DNA of 64,000 nt from Bradymonadia bacterium (GTDB lineage: Bacteria > Myxococcota_A > Bradymonadia > UBA7976 > UBA1532): assembly GCA_046290225.1 (NCBI GenBank), contig JBKAGE010000070.1, forward strand, positions 128,001 to 192,000, in the 5' to 3' direction. Position 1 is the stretch's first letter. Every line of letters begins with the position of its first letter. Below the pieces are notes generated by a model. The model saw only the letters and a program-made list of their open reading frames with translations, was not told where the DNA came from and ran no database searches. This document shows positions 1 through 11,020 of the stretch, piece after piece. The position numbers and the translations under genes are program-made.

Positions 1-203
1 GCGTCGCGGCCCAAGCCTCTGAAGGCGACGACTCGAACTTCGCCGGCTATGTGAGCGGCCTCGGCGGCTACACCGCCATCTTCGACGGCTGGTTCGTGCT
101 CTCCGGCGGCCTGGGCGTGCAATACATCAGCTACAAGGTCGGTGACGTGGGCACCCGCGGGGTGTTGCCGGCGGCCCACACCACCCTCGGGGTGGCTTTC
201 TGA
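1..203 (+). CDS. 3' end of a probable outer-membrane beta-barrel protein (partial, begins before window)
   Basis: Open frame ...GYTAIFDGWFVLSGGLGVQYISYKVG...HTTLGVAF* with alternating hydrophobic strands and a C-terminal Phe; its TGA overlaps the next ATG (TGATG, 201-205). Confidence 0.6.
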   Translation, partial: VAAQASEGDDSNFAGYVSGLGGYTAIFDGWFVLSGGLGVQYISYKVGDVGTRGVLPAAHTTLGVAF

Positions 204-892
204 TGCTGACCCTGTGCCTGGTCCGTCATGGTCAGACCCATCAGAACAAGAGCAAGATCATCCAAGGGCAACACCCACGCTTCGGGCGCCTCACCCCTCT
301 GGGAATGGATCAGGCTCGGGCGGCGGGCCGCGCCCTCGTAGATGACTTCGACTTCGATCACATCCTCTGCTCCCCACTGGAGCGGGCCGTGATCACCCTG
401 TCTCTCATGCTCTGTGAGCGCCCTGGCGTCGACACGCGCCCCATCCGGTTCGAAGACCAGCTCAAAGAGATCGACATGGGCGAACTCAGCGGCCAGCCCT
501 CGGCGGCGTGGTGGTCTGCCGCGGAGCAGGCGGACCACCCCATGGACTTTCGGCCGCCAGGGGGTGAGTCGTGGCACGATGTGCAACAACGTGTGGCCCA
601 GTTCTTCGAAGAGCAGATCAAACCTCTGAGTGGTCGAGCCCTCCTGGTGGCCCACGGCGGCGTGATCCGCGGGCTGCTCGCCCACTTCACCGGGTTGCCC
701 ATGGCATGGGGCGGCAAAGGCGACGGTATCAGTCAGCGCAACGCGTGCATCAACACCGCAGTCTTCAATGATGACGGTCAGTTGATCTCGCTCACCGTCG
801 ACGACACAGCCCATCTCAAGGGCCTGGGCCTGCCCGTCGACGCCGGCCGGCGCTGGGATCTCGAGACCCGAAGCTTCACGCCCCTGGGGTGA
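203..892 (+). CDS. Histidine phosphatase (phosphoglycerate mutase-like) family protein
   Basis: LVRHGQT catalytic motif, SPLERA, LKEIDMGE, GGES and VAHGGVIR. Confidence 0.9.
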   Translation: MLTLCLVRHGQTHQNKSKIIQGQHPRFGRLTPLGMDQARAAGRALVDDFDFDHILCSPLERAVITLSLMLCERPGVDTRPIRFEDQLKEIDMGELSGQPSAAWWSAAEQADHPMDFRPPGGESWHDVQQRVAQFFEEQIKPLSGRALLVAHGGVIRGLLAHFTGLPMAWGGKGDGISQRNACINTAVFNDDGQLISLTVDDTAHLKGLGLPVDAGRRWDLETRSFTPLG

Positions 893-898
893 TCGACC

Positions 899-1555
899 AT
901 GTACATCGACTTCCTCGGCCACGCCTGCTTTCTGCTCACCGACGCCCGGGGGGTGCGCATCATGCTCGACCCCTACGAGTCCGGCGGGTTCTCTGGCCGT
1001 GTAGGGTACGCCCCCATCGACGAAGCGCCTGATGTGGTGATCCTCACCCACGACCACGCAGATCACAGCCACACCGAGGGCTTGCCAGGCACTTTCGAGG
1101 TGTTGCGACACGCAGGCACCGCCCGTGGAATCACCACCCGAGAGGTGCCCGTGGCCCACGACATGTTCGAAGGGCGCCGTTTCGGCGGCTGGGTGGACAT
1201 GAAGATCTTCGAAGTGGACGGGCTCACCGTGGCCCACTGCGGTGACATCGGCGAGCTCGTCGAGGACGACGCCCGGCGAGATCTCATCGGGGCCCTCGAC
1301 GTGCTCATCGTGCCCACGGGCGGTTTCTACACCCTGGGCCCTGACGGTGCCGCAGCGCTCACGCGACGCCTGAAGCCCCGCGTGGTCATCCCCTGCCACT
1401 ACAAGACGAGCCGTTGCGGATTCGACATTGCCCCCGTCGATCCCTTCCTCACCCACTTCGAGCACGTGATCCGCTCAGAGGACTCTACCTGGACGCTCAC
1501 ACCGGACACGCTGCCTTCGGAGACGACCTGCCTGGTGCTGAAAATGCGGTTCTGA
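899..1555 (+). CDS. MBL-fold metallo-hydrolase (Lactamase_B_3-like)
   Basis: FLGHACF, LDPY, THDHADH, HCGD and IPCHY motifs. Confidence 0.9.
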   Translation: MYIDFLGHACFLLTDARGVRIMLDPYESGGFSGRVGYAPIDEAPDVVILTHDHADHSHTEGLPGTFEVLRHAGTARGITTREVPVAHDMFEGRRFGGWVDMKIFEVDGLTVAHCGDIGELVEDDARRDLIGALDVLIVPTGGFYTLGPDGAAALTRRLKPRVVIPCHYKTSRCGFDIAPVDPFLTHFEHVIRSEDSTWTLTPDTLPSETTCLVLKMRF

Positions 1556-1788
1556 CCCCTTGAACCAACATCAAATACTTCTACACCCTCCGTACGACCC
1601 ACCTCTCCTGCCCTCCTAAGCATACGAAATCATAGGCAGAACATTTTTTTCTGCTTTTTTTTCGACCCCATCCCACGCAGAACATTAAGAACCAAAAAGA
1701 AGATACCGAAACATTAATCAGCAGCGACGCACAGAAGAAAACGAAGACAAGCAACAACAACCACCGCGTCGCCAAAGAGGTATCCACC

Positions 1789-2049
1789 ATGTGCCACGTC
1801 AAGCTCTCACTTTCCGCCCTGGCTCTGGCCCTCGCGCTCCCCTGGACCGCCGCCGCTGAGATCGGCGGGGAGGATGTTGACGAGGCCATGAACCCCTACA
1901 TGGCCGCCCTTGACGCCGAGGCCGGCCCCAAAGTGGAGGTCACCGCTCGACCCGACCTGAAATGGAACTCGCTCGTGGAGAAGGAATCCCACCTCCCCAT
2001 GGGCCTGCAGCTCGACCCAGAAACCCGCCGTATGGAGGAATCTGAATGA
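1789..2049 (+). CDS. Small secreted protein of unknown function (86 aa)
   Basis: SD (AGAGG) upstream of ATG; signal peptide ending AAA-E; codon usage like the host. Confidence 0.7.
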   Translation: MCHVKLSLSALALALALPWTAAAEIGGEDVDEAMNPYMAALDAEAGPKVEVTARPDLKWNSLVEKESHLPMGLQLDPETRRMEESE

Positions 2050-2059
2050 TGTGAGCCCC

Positions 2060-2089
2060 GACACCGAGGGGCGCTCGCTTCTCGGTGTC
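2060..2089 (+). terminator. Hairpin directly after the small gene; terminator or RNA stabiliser
   Basis: GACACCGAG (2060-2068) pairs with CTCGGTGTC (2081-2089), extendable with G-U pairs; no long U tract. Confidence 0.45.
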
Positions 2090-2241
2090 TGGCTGGTCCG
2101 TCCCTGTGGCCGCTCGCCACTCCGACTTCCCCCTGCAACGCTATGGCTTCAGGGGCGGACCGGCCGCACCTTTTGGTCAACGTACCGCCGCCGTGCTGCG
2201 GTGCCTTGACCAATGGGTGTGGCCTCTTCGACAATCCCCCC

Positions 2242-3006
2242 ATGCGAACACTCCCCCTTTGCATTGCCCTGTCGTGTGTCGCGCTCTTCGGCTGTGAGCG
2301 CGATGACGAGATCTGTGGTGCCCGCCCTGTCTCCGGCTCTCCTCCTGGTCCATTGCTGCCGGGGCCCTGCGAGGTCTTCTACGACGTCGACGGCGACTCG
2401 GAGATCGACAACCGCGAGGTGTACCGGTACGACGCCCTCGATCAAGAGATCGAGCGCTACACGTATTACGACGGCCCTCAATGCAACAGCGCCGTGCTCC
2501 ATCTCAACGAATACGAAGACGGCCGACAGGTTCGACAGCGCCGCGATGCACAGGTCGATGGTTTGCTCGAGTCGACCACCGATTACGCCTATGACGAAGA
2601 CGGGCGCCTCGTGGAGCGGCTCGAGACCACCCAAGATGCCGACGGCACCACCCGCACCCTCTCCCGGGCGAGCCTGACCTATGACGACGAGGGCCGCCTC
2701 GAATCGGAGAGCCTCTTCCGAGGCATCGACAACGCGCGCATTCAGCGATCTCGCTTCACATATGACGAAGAGGGTCGCCTGATCTCCGAGGTGAAGGACG
2801 GCGCGATCAACGCCAGCGAGACCCTGGTGTACGACGACGCAGAGCGCGTGGCCCGACGAGAAGTCGACACGGACGGTGACGGCACGGCCGATCGGCACAT
2901 AGACTACATATACGACGGCGCGGGGAATCCGGTGAGTGCCACCACCCGTTCTGTAGACTCGGGGCAACGCTTGGAGGAGATCACCTACGATTATGGCTGC
3001 TGGTGA
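2242..3006 (+). CDS. YD-repeat-like lipoprotein
   Basis: Start moved to ATG 2242 (MRTLPLCIALSCVALFGC lipobox); repeated YxYDxxGRL units. Confidence 0.75.
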   Translation: MRTLPLCIALSCVALFGCERDDEICGARPVSGSPPGPLLPGPCEVFYDVDGDSEIDNREVYRYDALDQEIERYTYYDGPQCNSAVLHLNEYEDGRQVRQRRDAQVDGLLESTTDYAYDEDGRLVERLETTQDADGTTRTLSRASLTYDDEGRLESESLFRGIDNARIQRSRFTYDEEGRLISEVKDGAINASETLVYDDAERVARREVDTDGDGTADRHIDYIYDGAGNPVSATTRSVDSGQRLEEITYDYGCW

Positions 3007-3979
3007 TCGAAGTCGCAGGGGCGGCGCACATTCGAATCGCTCGCGTAGACACCCGCCACGGGCTCGATGGCCTTTCTTCTGGGCAGGCGTCGCCGTGCTT
3101 TCGGCAGGGTTGATCTGGTGGCTCACCTCAGAGCCAGATCCACACGATCAATATGATGCTCGCCTCGAGAAGGCCCTCGCTGATGTAGAGGCTCGACCGC
3201 GTAGCCCTCGGGCCTGGATGCGCCTCGGCGAGATCTACATGAGCCGCTCGGCGGGGGCCGACGCTGAAGCGGCCTTCCAGCGGGCCTTGTCTCTCGATCC
3301 GGAAAACGCCGGCCTCAACGCTCGCGTGGGTTTTCTCTACTACGAACGCGGCGCGGACGATCTGGCCCGGGTGTATCTGGGCCGGGCCCACCGACTCGAC
3401 GCTGACGAAGAGGGCGTCGCCTGGACGCTCAAGATCCTCGACGATCAAGCGGAGCCCGAGCCACCTCCGCCAGCGCCTCCCCAACCAAAGCCGCCCACTG
3501 AGCCCCCGGAGACTCAACCACCTGCAGATCCAGAGCCTGAGCCTGATCTTGAGCCAGACGCCGAGGCCCCACCACCGCCCGACGATACGCCGAGCGATAC
3601 CTGCACCCTGCCGCTCTCCGGCGGCAATGGCAGGCCTCTGAGCCTGGAGGTGGCCATCGAAGGCGCGCCGGTGGAGTTCCTCCTCGACACGGGGGCCACC
3701 CTCACGGTGATCACCGCCGAGCTCGCAGATCGCCTGTCTCTACCTCTGGATCGGGATCGCATCATCCGTGCGAGCACCGCCAACGGCATTGCCGAGATGC
3801 GGGTGGCCCTCATCGACGAGATCACCCTCGGCGAGGTGAGTCTCACCGACGTGAGCGTTGCGGTCTGCGAGGACTGTATGCACGGCCTCGGCGAGGGGCT
3901 CTTCGGCCTCGATCTGCAAGAAGCCTTCGAGGTGGATCTCGATCTGGGCGCCCGCCAGATTCACTACCCCTGCGAATGA
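2993..3979 (+). CDS. Membrane-anchored TPR protein with C-terminal retropepsin-like aspartyl protease
   Basis: N-terminal TM helix, TPR (AWMRLGEIY...AFQRALSLDPEN), Pro-rich linker, FLLDTGA and GLFGLD protease motifs. Confidence 0.85.
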   Translation: MAAGDRSRRGGAHSNRSRRHPPRARWPFFWAGVAVLSAGLIWWLTSEPDPHDQYDARLEKALADVEARPRSPRAWMRLGEIYMSRSAGADAEAAFQRALSLDPENAGLNARVGFLYYERGADDLARVYLGRAHRLDADEEGVAWTLKILDDQAEPEPPPPAPPQPKPPTEPPETQPPADPEPEPDLEPDAEAPPPPDDTPSDTCTLPLSGGNGRPLSLEVAIEGAPVEFLLDTGATLTVITAELADRLSLPLDRDRIIRASTANGIAEMRVALIDEITLGEVSLTDVSVAVCEDCMHGLGEGLFGLDLQEAFEVDLDLGARQIHYPCE

Positions 3980-3997
3980 CCGCGCTCCAGACTGGGC

Positions 3998-5734
3998 CTA
4001 AATATCGATGTTGAGGGCTTCGAGACGTCGGTAGAAGGTGGCGCGGCTGATGCCGAGCATGCGCGCAGCCTGAGTGCGGTTGCCACCGGCGCGGCGGATC
4101 GCCTCCAGGATCCGCTCCACTTCGCCCTCTGGAGTCCTGCTCTGCCCGTGCAGGTGCTCCTGCTCCAGCTCGGGGGGCAGGTGTTGAGGCTCGATGGGCC
4201 GGCCACGGCTCCGGATCATCGCATGCTCCATGGCGGCCTTGAGCTCTCTCACATTGCCAGGCCAGTGATGCTCCAGCAGCCTAGCAATGGTCCTCTGCGT
4301 CAGCGGAGGTACGGGGATCGCCGCCCGGGCGCCGAAGGCTTCGAGGAAGCTGTTGGCCAGCAATGGGACATCGTCTCTGCGCTCGCGCAAGGGCGGCAAC
4401 TGCAGCTGCATGATCCGAATACGATAGAGCAGATCGGCCCTGAATCGTCCGGCTTCGACCTCTTGAGAGAGATCTCGATGGGTGGCGGCGATGACCCTGA
4501 CGTTCACGGGCCGAGGTCGCGTCTCTCCCAACCGGGTGATCTCACGCTCTTGCAGCACCCTGAGTAGATTGGTCTGCACCTTCGGCGGGATGTCACCGAT
4601 CTCGTCGAGAAACAGCGTGCCCCCCTCGGCAGCCTCGAAGAGACCCTCGTGATCCTCGATGGCCCCGGTGAACGCCCCTCGACGATGGCCGAAGAGCTGG
4701 CTGGCCAGCAGGGAGTCCGTGAGCCCGGCGCAGTTCACTGGGATGAAGGGCTTGTCCTTTCGAGGGCTCGCCGCGTGAATCGCGTGGGCCACGAGCTCTT
4801 TGCCCGTGCCGGTCTCCCCTTCGATGAGCACGGTGATGTCGAACCGCGCCACGTCTCTGATCAGCTGAAACAGCTCGGTCATGACCGCGCTGCGCCCGAT
4901 CAGCGCGTGGAACTCGTGCCGATCTTCGAGTTGCCGCCTGAGGGCTTTGACCTCGGTGACATCATAGAAGAAGAGCATGCGACGGCTCGGATCCCGCGGA
5001 TCGTCCACCACGTCGAGATCGACCTGATACAACCCCCCGCGTACGCCCTTCACTTCGAGGCTCAGTCGCTCACGCACAGCGGCCGGTTGCTGGCTCGCCT
5101 CGACGATCTGCATCAGCATCTGGGGGGCGATGCCCGGCAGATTGCCCAGGGGCACCCCGAGCAGCACCTCTGACGAGGTCTCGAACAGGTGGGCAGCGGC
5201 CTCGCTCATGAAGGTCAACCTGCCGGTCTGATCGGCGAGGGCACACCCCACCGACAAGCGATTGAACAATGCCTGGAGATCCTCGTGGTTGCCCTCAAGG
5301 CGCGCATAGGCCTCGGCGAGGCGGGCTTCACTGTCTTTGAGCGCCTGAGCGGCCCGAGCCCGCTCGTGGGTGTACCTCAAGACCCGAGCGAGCCTGCGGC
5401 TGTCGAGGGCCTGTTTTTCGAGATAGTCCGTTGCCCCTGCATCGAGGGCGCGGATGTCGATGGCCTCTTCGGTGGAGGCCGTCAGCATGACCACGGGGAC
5501 CTGGCACCCGCGGGCCATGGCTGCGGTCAGCATCTCGAGGCCATCAGTGGGGCCGAGGCGAAAATCGAGCAGGCAGATGTCGTGTGTATTGCTGCACAGC
5601 ACTTCGAGCCCCTCATAGGGGTCGTGATACAAATCGAGAGTGCACGACATGCCCTCGACCCTGCTCAGGTGCCATTTGAGGATGCGGGCGTCATGGGGAT
5701 CATCATCGATGAGCAGAACACGCAACGAGATCAC
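3998..5734 (-). CDS. Sigma54-dependent response regulator (receiver-PAS-AAA+-Fis HTH)
   Basis: Start taken as GTG 5734 after AGGAGGAG; VLLIDDD/LLDFRL receiver, [22 protein letters not shown] and C-terminal HTH ([12 protein letters not shown]). Confidence 0.93.
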   Translation of the reverse strand: MISLRVLLIDDDPHDARILKWHLSRVEGMSCTLDLYHDPYEGLEVLCSNTHDICLLDFRLGPTDGLEMLTAAMARGCQVPVVMLTASTEEAIDIRALDAGATDYLEKQALDSRRLARVLRYTHERARAAQALKDSEARLAEAYARLEGNHEDLQALFNRLSVGCALADQTGRLTFMSEAAAHLFETSSEVLLGVPLGNLPGIAPQMLMQIVEASQQPAAVRERLSLEVKGVRGGLYQVDLDVVDDPRDPSRRMLFFYDVTEVKALRRQLEDRHEFHALIGRSAVMTELFQLIRDVARFDITVLIEGETGTGKELVAHAIHAASPRKDKPFIPVNCAGLTDSLLASQLFGHRRGAFTGAIEDHEGLFEAAEGGTLFLDEIGDIPPKVQTNLLRVLQEREITRLGETRPRPVNVRVIAATHRDLSQEVEAGRFRADLLYRIRIMQLQLPPLRERRDDVPLLANSFLEAFGARAAIPVPPLTQRTIARLLEHHWPGNVRELKAAMEHAMIRSRGRPIEPQHLPPELEQEHLHGQSRTPEGEVERILEAIRRAGGNRTQAARMLGISRATFYRRLEALNIDI

Positions 5735-5814
5735 AGCGTCTCCTCCTGGCGTCGTTCTTGCTCGTACATGTAGGTAGCATCGTCTTCGGGTCTGGCGGTG
5801 CGGGGGAGCATGAG

Positions 5815-6921
5815 ATGAACAGCCACCTCGTCGAGTGGTTCTTGAAAACACATGAGCAGGCATTGCTCGCCTGCGATGAGGATCAGCGCATCGTCGCAGT
5901 GCACGATCCCCTCGGGTTGCTCGCCGAGCTCGGCGCCGCGGTCATCGGACATGCCCTCTTCGATGCGTGGCCCGAGCTGGAAGCCCACCTGCTGGATCTT
6001 CAGGATGTCGCCGCTGGTGCACTGCCACACTGGTCCACAGACACGATATCGTGGCAGCACCTGCGCCCATCTCCTCAGGGCGTCTCGCTGTTTGTCAGCG
6101 CCGAAGGCGGGCAGCTGAGGCTGTTGCTCAAACCCGCAGCTCAGCCCCTGGCAAACGCTCGAGACACCGGGCACCTCACGGCACTTCAAAAGCGCGTCGA
6201 TCTGCTCGAGAGCCGACTCGCAGCTGCCCAAGCTGATCAGCACACCTTGCTGAGGGCCATCTCTCACGACCTTCAGTCTCCGCTGAAGACCATCTCGGTC
6301 TATGCCCAGATGATCGAAGAGACACAGCCGTTCACCGAGGTACATGCTCGGGAGATGGCTCAAGAGATCGCCACAGTGGCGCGCAGCAGCGGCGCCCTGG
6401 TGGCCAAGCTTCTGGAGTATGCCCGCATCGATCGGCAGACCCTCACTGTCGGCCCGGTCGATCTGTCGATCCTGATGACGCAAATCGTCCGACAACATGA
6501 CGGCGACATTCAGCGACTGGGTGCCACCGTCGATCTCTCGGGGCCCTTCCCCGCGGTGGTCACCAGCGAGGTGTTGCTCACTCAAGTCCTGGGGAACTTC
6601 ATCTCCAACGGACTCAAGTATGTTCGGCCAGGTCAAACACCACAGCTGCACGTGACGGCTCAATGGATCGCTCGACGACTCCGCATCGCCGTAGCCGACG
6701 AGGGGATCGGGATCCCCGCTGAAGCAGCGACGCGGATCTTCAAACCCTTCGAGCGCCTGCACGGCCGTGCGGAGACGCGCTATGGCGGGTGTGGTCTCGG
6801 TTTGTCCATCGCAGCCCGGGCGGCCCATCGACTTGGTGCCTCTCTCGGCGCAGCCCCCAGAGCCGGGGGCGGCTCGATCTTCTGGATCGACTTCCCCGAG
6901 GCAGCCTCCAAGAGGCCCTAG
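5815..6921 (+). CDS. Cytoplasmic sensor histidine kinase
   Basis: H-box ISHDLQSPL, N-box NFISNGLKY, DEGIGIP, FKPFERL and GCGLGL; start ATG 5815 after GGGAG. Confidence 0.9.
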   Translation: MNSHLVEWFLKTHEQALLACDEDQRIVAVHDPLGLLAELGAAVIGHALFDAWPELEAHLLDLQDVAAGALPHWSTDTISWQHLRPSPQGVSLFVSAEGGQLRLLLKPAAQPLANARDTGHLTALQKRVDLLESRLAAAQADQHTLLRAISHDLQSPLKTISVYAQMIEETQPFTEVHAREMAQEIATVARSSGALVAKLLEYARIDRQTLTVGPVDLSILMTQIVRQHDGDIQRLGATVDLSGPFPAVVTSEVLLTQVLGNFISNGLKYVRPGQTPQLHVTAQWIARRLRIAVADEGIGIPAEAATRIFKPFERLHGRAETRYGGCGLGLSIAARAAHRLGASLGAAPRAGGGSIFWIDFPEAASKRP

Positions 6922-7000
6922 AGCTTCAGTGTCTGCCTGATAACGCTCTCAATCTCGGGGCGTGGCCATCTCTATGAAGATGCTGGTCCGAGGTTTGGCA

Positions 7001-7017
7001 TAGCAAACTTCACACCA
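7001..7017 (-). promoter_or_regulatory. Sigma54 (-24/-12) promoter
   Basis: Minus strand TGGTGTGAAGTTTGCTA = GG-N10-GC with TTGC. Confidence 0.6.
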
Positions 7018-7079
7018 TCACCCATCGAGATGTGTGCATCAGAGATACGGCGAAATGTTCGGTGGGCTGAAGCGTGAAA

Positions 7080-7127
7080 CGTCTCAAAGAGACACACCTA
7101 ATGAGACACAACCGTCTCAGAGAGACA
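7080..7127. promoter_or_regulatory. Putative enhancer-binding-protein sites: two GTCTC-N3-GAGAC palindromes plus a half site
   Basis: GTCTCAAAGAGAC (7081-7093), TGAGAC (7102-7107) and GTCTCAGAGAGAC (7114-7126), 60-110 bp upstream of the sigma54 element. Confidence 0.65.
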
Positions 7128-7146
7128 CTCTCTTCACTGTATGTGC

Positions 7147-8601
7147 TCAGAGCTGGTCGAGATCTTCCCACTGGCTGTGTACAGGCGTCTCGGGGGCATC
7201 GAACCGACGGTAGGTGTGGGCGCCGAAGTAGTCGCGTTGCGCCTGGATGACGCTGGCGGTACCGCGGCCGTGGGCGAGTGTGTCGAAGTAGGCCAGCGAG
7301 GCGCTTAAGCCCGGTACGGGACGCCCAGCGGCGATGGCCTCCCGCACCACAGTCCGCAGGGCGGGGATACGCTCGGTGAGATCCTGGGCGAAGTCGGGCG
7401 ACAGCGCCAGCGAGGGCAAGTCGGGATCAGCCTTGAAGGCATCGTAGACCCGATCGAGGAAGGCGGCCCGGATGATACAGCCAGCCTTCCAGATGCGGGC
7501 GATCTCGGGCAGATCTGTCTCATACCCACGGGCCTCAGATCCGGCGCGGAGCAAGGCGAAGCCCTGGGTATAGCTCATGAGCTTGGCGGCATAGAGCGCA
7601 TCGCCGAGCACATCGTCGCTCAGCACCGGCACGTAATCAGGGGTGGGGAACGCCACGTCTGCCCGCTCGCGCACGGCCTTCATCGCCGAGAGGGCTCGGC
7701 CGTCGACGGCGGCGGTCACCGTCGGTACGGGCACGCCCAGCTCGATGGCGGAGATCGAGGTCCAACGGCCAGTGCCCTTCTGCCCTGCCACGTCGAGGAT
7801 CTGCGCCACGAGGGGCCCGTCGCCCTGAGGATCTCGGGCGCCGACGATGTCGGCGGTGATCTCGATGAGGTACGAGGCGAGAGGGCCACTGTTGTACGCC
7901 TGGAAGGCGGTGCGCATCTGCTGGGGCGTGTGCCCCATGGCCGACATGAGGCCATAGACCTCGGCGATGAGCTGCATGTCGCCGTACTCGATGCCGTTGT
8001 GCACCATCTTCACAAAGTGACCGGCGCTGCCGTAACCACACCACGTGACGCAGGGGCCGCTGTCACTCACCGCTGCAGCAGGTGTGAGCACGGGGCCGAG
8101 GATCTCCCAGGAGTCTTTGTCACCGCCGGGCATCATCGAGGGCCCCTCAAGGGCGCCCTTCTCGCCGCCGCTCACGCCCATGCCGAAGAAGCTGAAGCCC
8201 CGCTCGTCGGCCCACTTCACCCGACGCTCGGTGTTGGGGAAGTGGGAGTTCCCACCGTCGATGACGATGTGACGCCCACCCTCGGAAGGCCGCGCGGCGA
8301 GCACGGGGGCCAGGGCCTCCAGGACCAGATCGACCACCTTACCGGCGGTGACCATGAGCAACATACGGGCGGGGGCCCCCTGAAAAGCCGTGAGCAGAGA
8401 CGCATAGTCGTCGCAGACGACAAAACGCCCCCCATCGCCTTCAGCGCCGTACTCGGTGATGAACTCTGCCCGGCGGGCGTCTCTGACGTCGAAGACCGCC
8501 ACAGTCTGGCCCCGACTGCGGAAGTTGCGCGCGAGGCTGGTGCCCATGACCCCGAGGCCGATGATGGCGATGTCTGCCGGTGGGTGGGAAGTGTGCTCCA
8601 T
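7147..8601 (-). CDS. gnd: NADP-dependent 6-phosphogluconate dehydrogenase
   Basis: IIGLGVMG, IDGGNS, GVSGGEKGA, KMVHNGIEYGDMQ, QKGTG, IWKAGCIIR and QAQRDYFGAHTY; ATG 8601 after AAGGAG. Confidence 0.97.
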   Translation of the reverse strand: MEHTSHPPADIAIIGLGVMGTSLARNFRSRGQTVAVFDVRDARRAEFITEYGAEGDGGRFVVCDDYASLLTAFQGAPARMLLMVTAGKVVDLVLEALAPVLAARPSEGGRHIVIDGGNSHFPNTERRVKWADERGFSFFGMGVSGGEKGALEGPSMMPGGDKDSWEILGPVLTPAAAVSDSGPCVTWCGYGSAGHFVKMVHNGIEYGDMQLIAEVYGLMSAMGHTPQQMRTAFQAYNSGPLASYLIEITADIVGARDPQGDGPLVAQILDVAGQKGTGRWTSISAIELGVPVPTVTAAVDGRALSAMKAVRERADVAFPTPDYVPVLSDDVLGDALYAAKLMSYTQGFALLRAGSEARGYETDLPEIARIWKAGCIIRAAFLDRVYDAFKADPDLPSLALSPDFAQDLTERIPALRTVVREAIAAGRPVPGLSASLAYFDTLAHGRGTASVIQAQRDYFGAHTYRRFDAPETPVHSQWEDLDQL

Positions 8602-8615
8602 CAGAGACTCCTTGT

Positions 8616-9355
8616 TCACAGATCTCGGGCGACGGCGGGGTCGACGACCCAGCGGGTAGAACCTGTGGCCTCTCTCAGCAAGGCCCCGAGGGGCAACTCG
8701 CCGTCGAGGGCCTGAGCGAAGACGGTGGCCTTGTCGGCCCCCCGCGCCACCACCACCCGGTGCCGCGCCTCGGCGAGCACCCCGAGGGTGAGGCTGAGGC
8801 GCCCGGCGGGGGGCTTGGGGCTGTCGGTGACGGCGACGGCGCAGCCCTCGACCTCGAGGGCCTCGTGATCGGGAAACAACGAGGCGATGTGGCCATCTGG
8901 TCCTGCACCCAACAGCGCCAGATCGATTGCGCCATCGAAGCGATCGAGGAAGGCCGGCGTGAACTGCGCTCGGGCGTCCTCGGGATCAATGCCGTGCATG
9001 GACAAAACGTCGCCGGGCAAGACAGAAACGTGCTGGAGCCAGTGACGCCACGCGAGGTGCAGGTTGGTGTCGGGGTGCCAGGCTGACCACCGGGGCATGC
9101 CCTCATCGGCCAGTGCCGGGCCCGCGTCGGTGGTGGGCAGAATCCGCTCGTCGGCCCAGGTGATGGCCAGCGCAGGGTAATACGCCTCCGGCAGATGATC
9201 GCGCAGCCACTCGAAGAGCGGCTGTGGTGTGGAGCCGCCACTCAAGGCGATGCGGCACCGCCCCTGCTCGCCAAGGCACTGCTCGATGATGTCGAGCACC
9301 AGCGGCCCGGAGGCGAGGGCCGGCGCGTCATCGATGGTGATTTCGGGGCGCCACA

Positions 9356-9356
<1 letters not shown>
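8616..9356 (-). CDS. pgl: 6-phosphogluconolactonase
   Basis: ALSGGSTP, WADER, LGAGPDGHIASLFP and SPKPPAGRLSLT; lies between zwf and gnd. Confidence 0.93.
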
Positions 9357-10903
<1,547 letters not shown>

Positions 10904-11020
10904 GGTGACCTCTCTATGTGTGGGATTGCCGCCTTCCGGTGTAGTCGGGGACTGCACGCACAGCAAGTTGCTGCCATCTTTCGGCAGCCCGCGGTCTCGA
11001 AAAACCCCCTTGGGGTGAGC

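Noticed and set aside
131..1465. 444-aa minus-strand ORF, and the many similar long antisense or alternate-frame ORFs (e.g. 2149-3126, 5731-6828, 12545-13759, 23413-24846, 38544-40385, 43528-45108, 54738-56021)
   Set aside because: Shadow ORFs overlapping genes with clear motifs; expected in high-GC DNA; no recognisable domains.
5735..6990. Site-specific invertible segment carrying the histidine kinase
   Set aside because: The flanks share only a 6-bp inverted word (AGCATC); no recombinase nearby.
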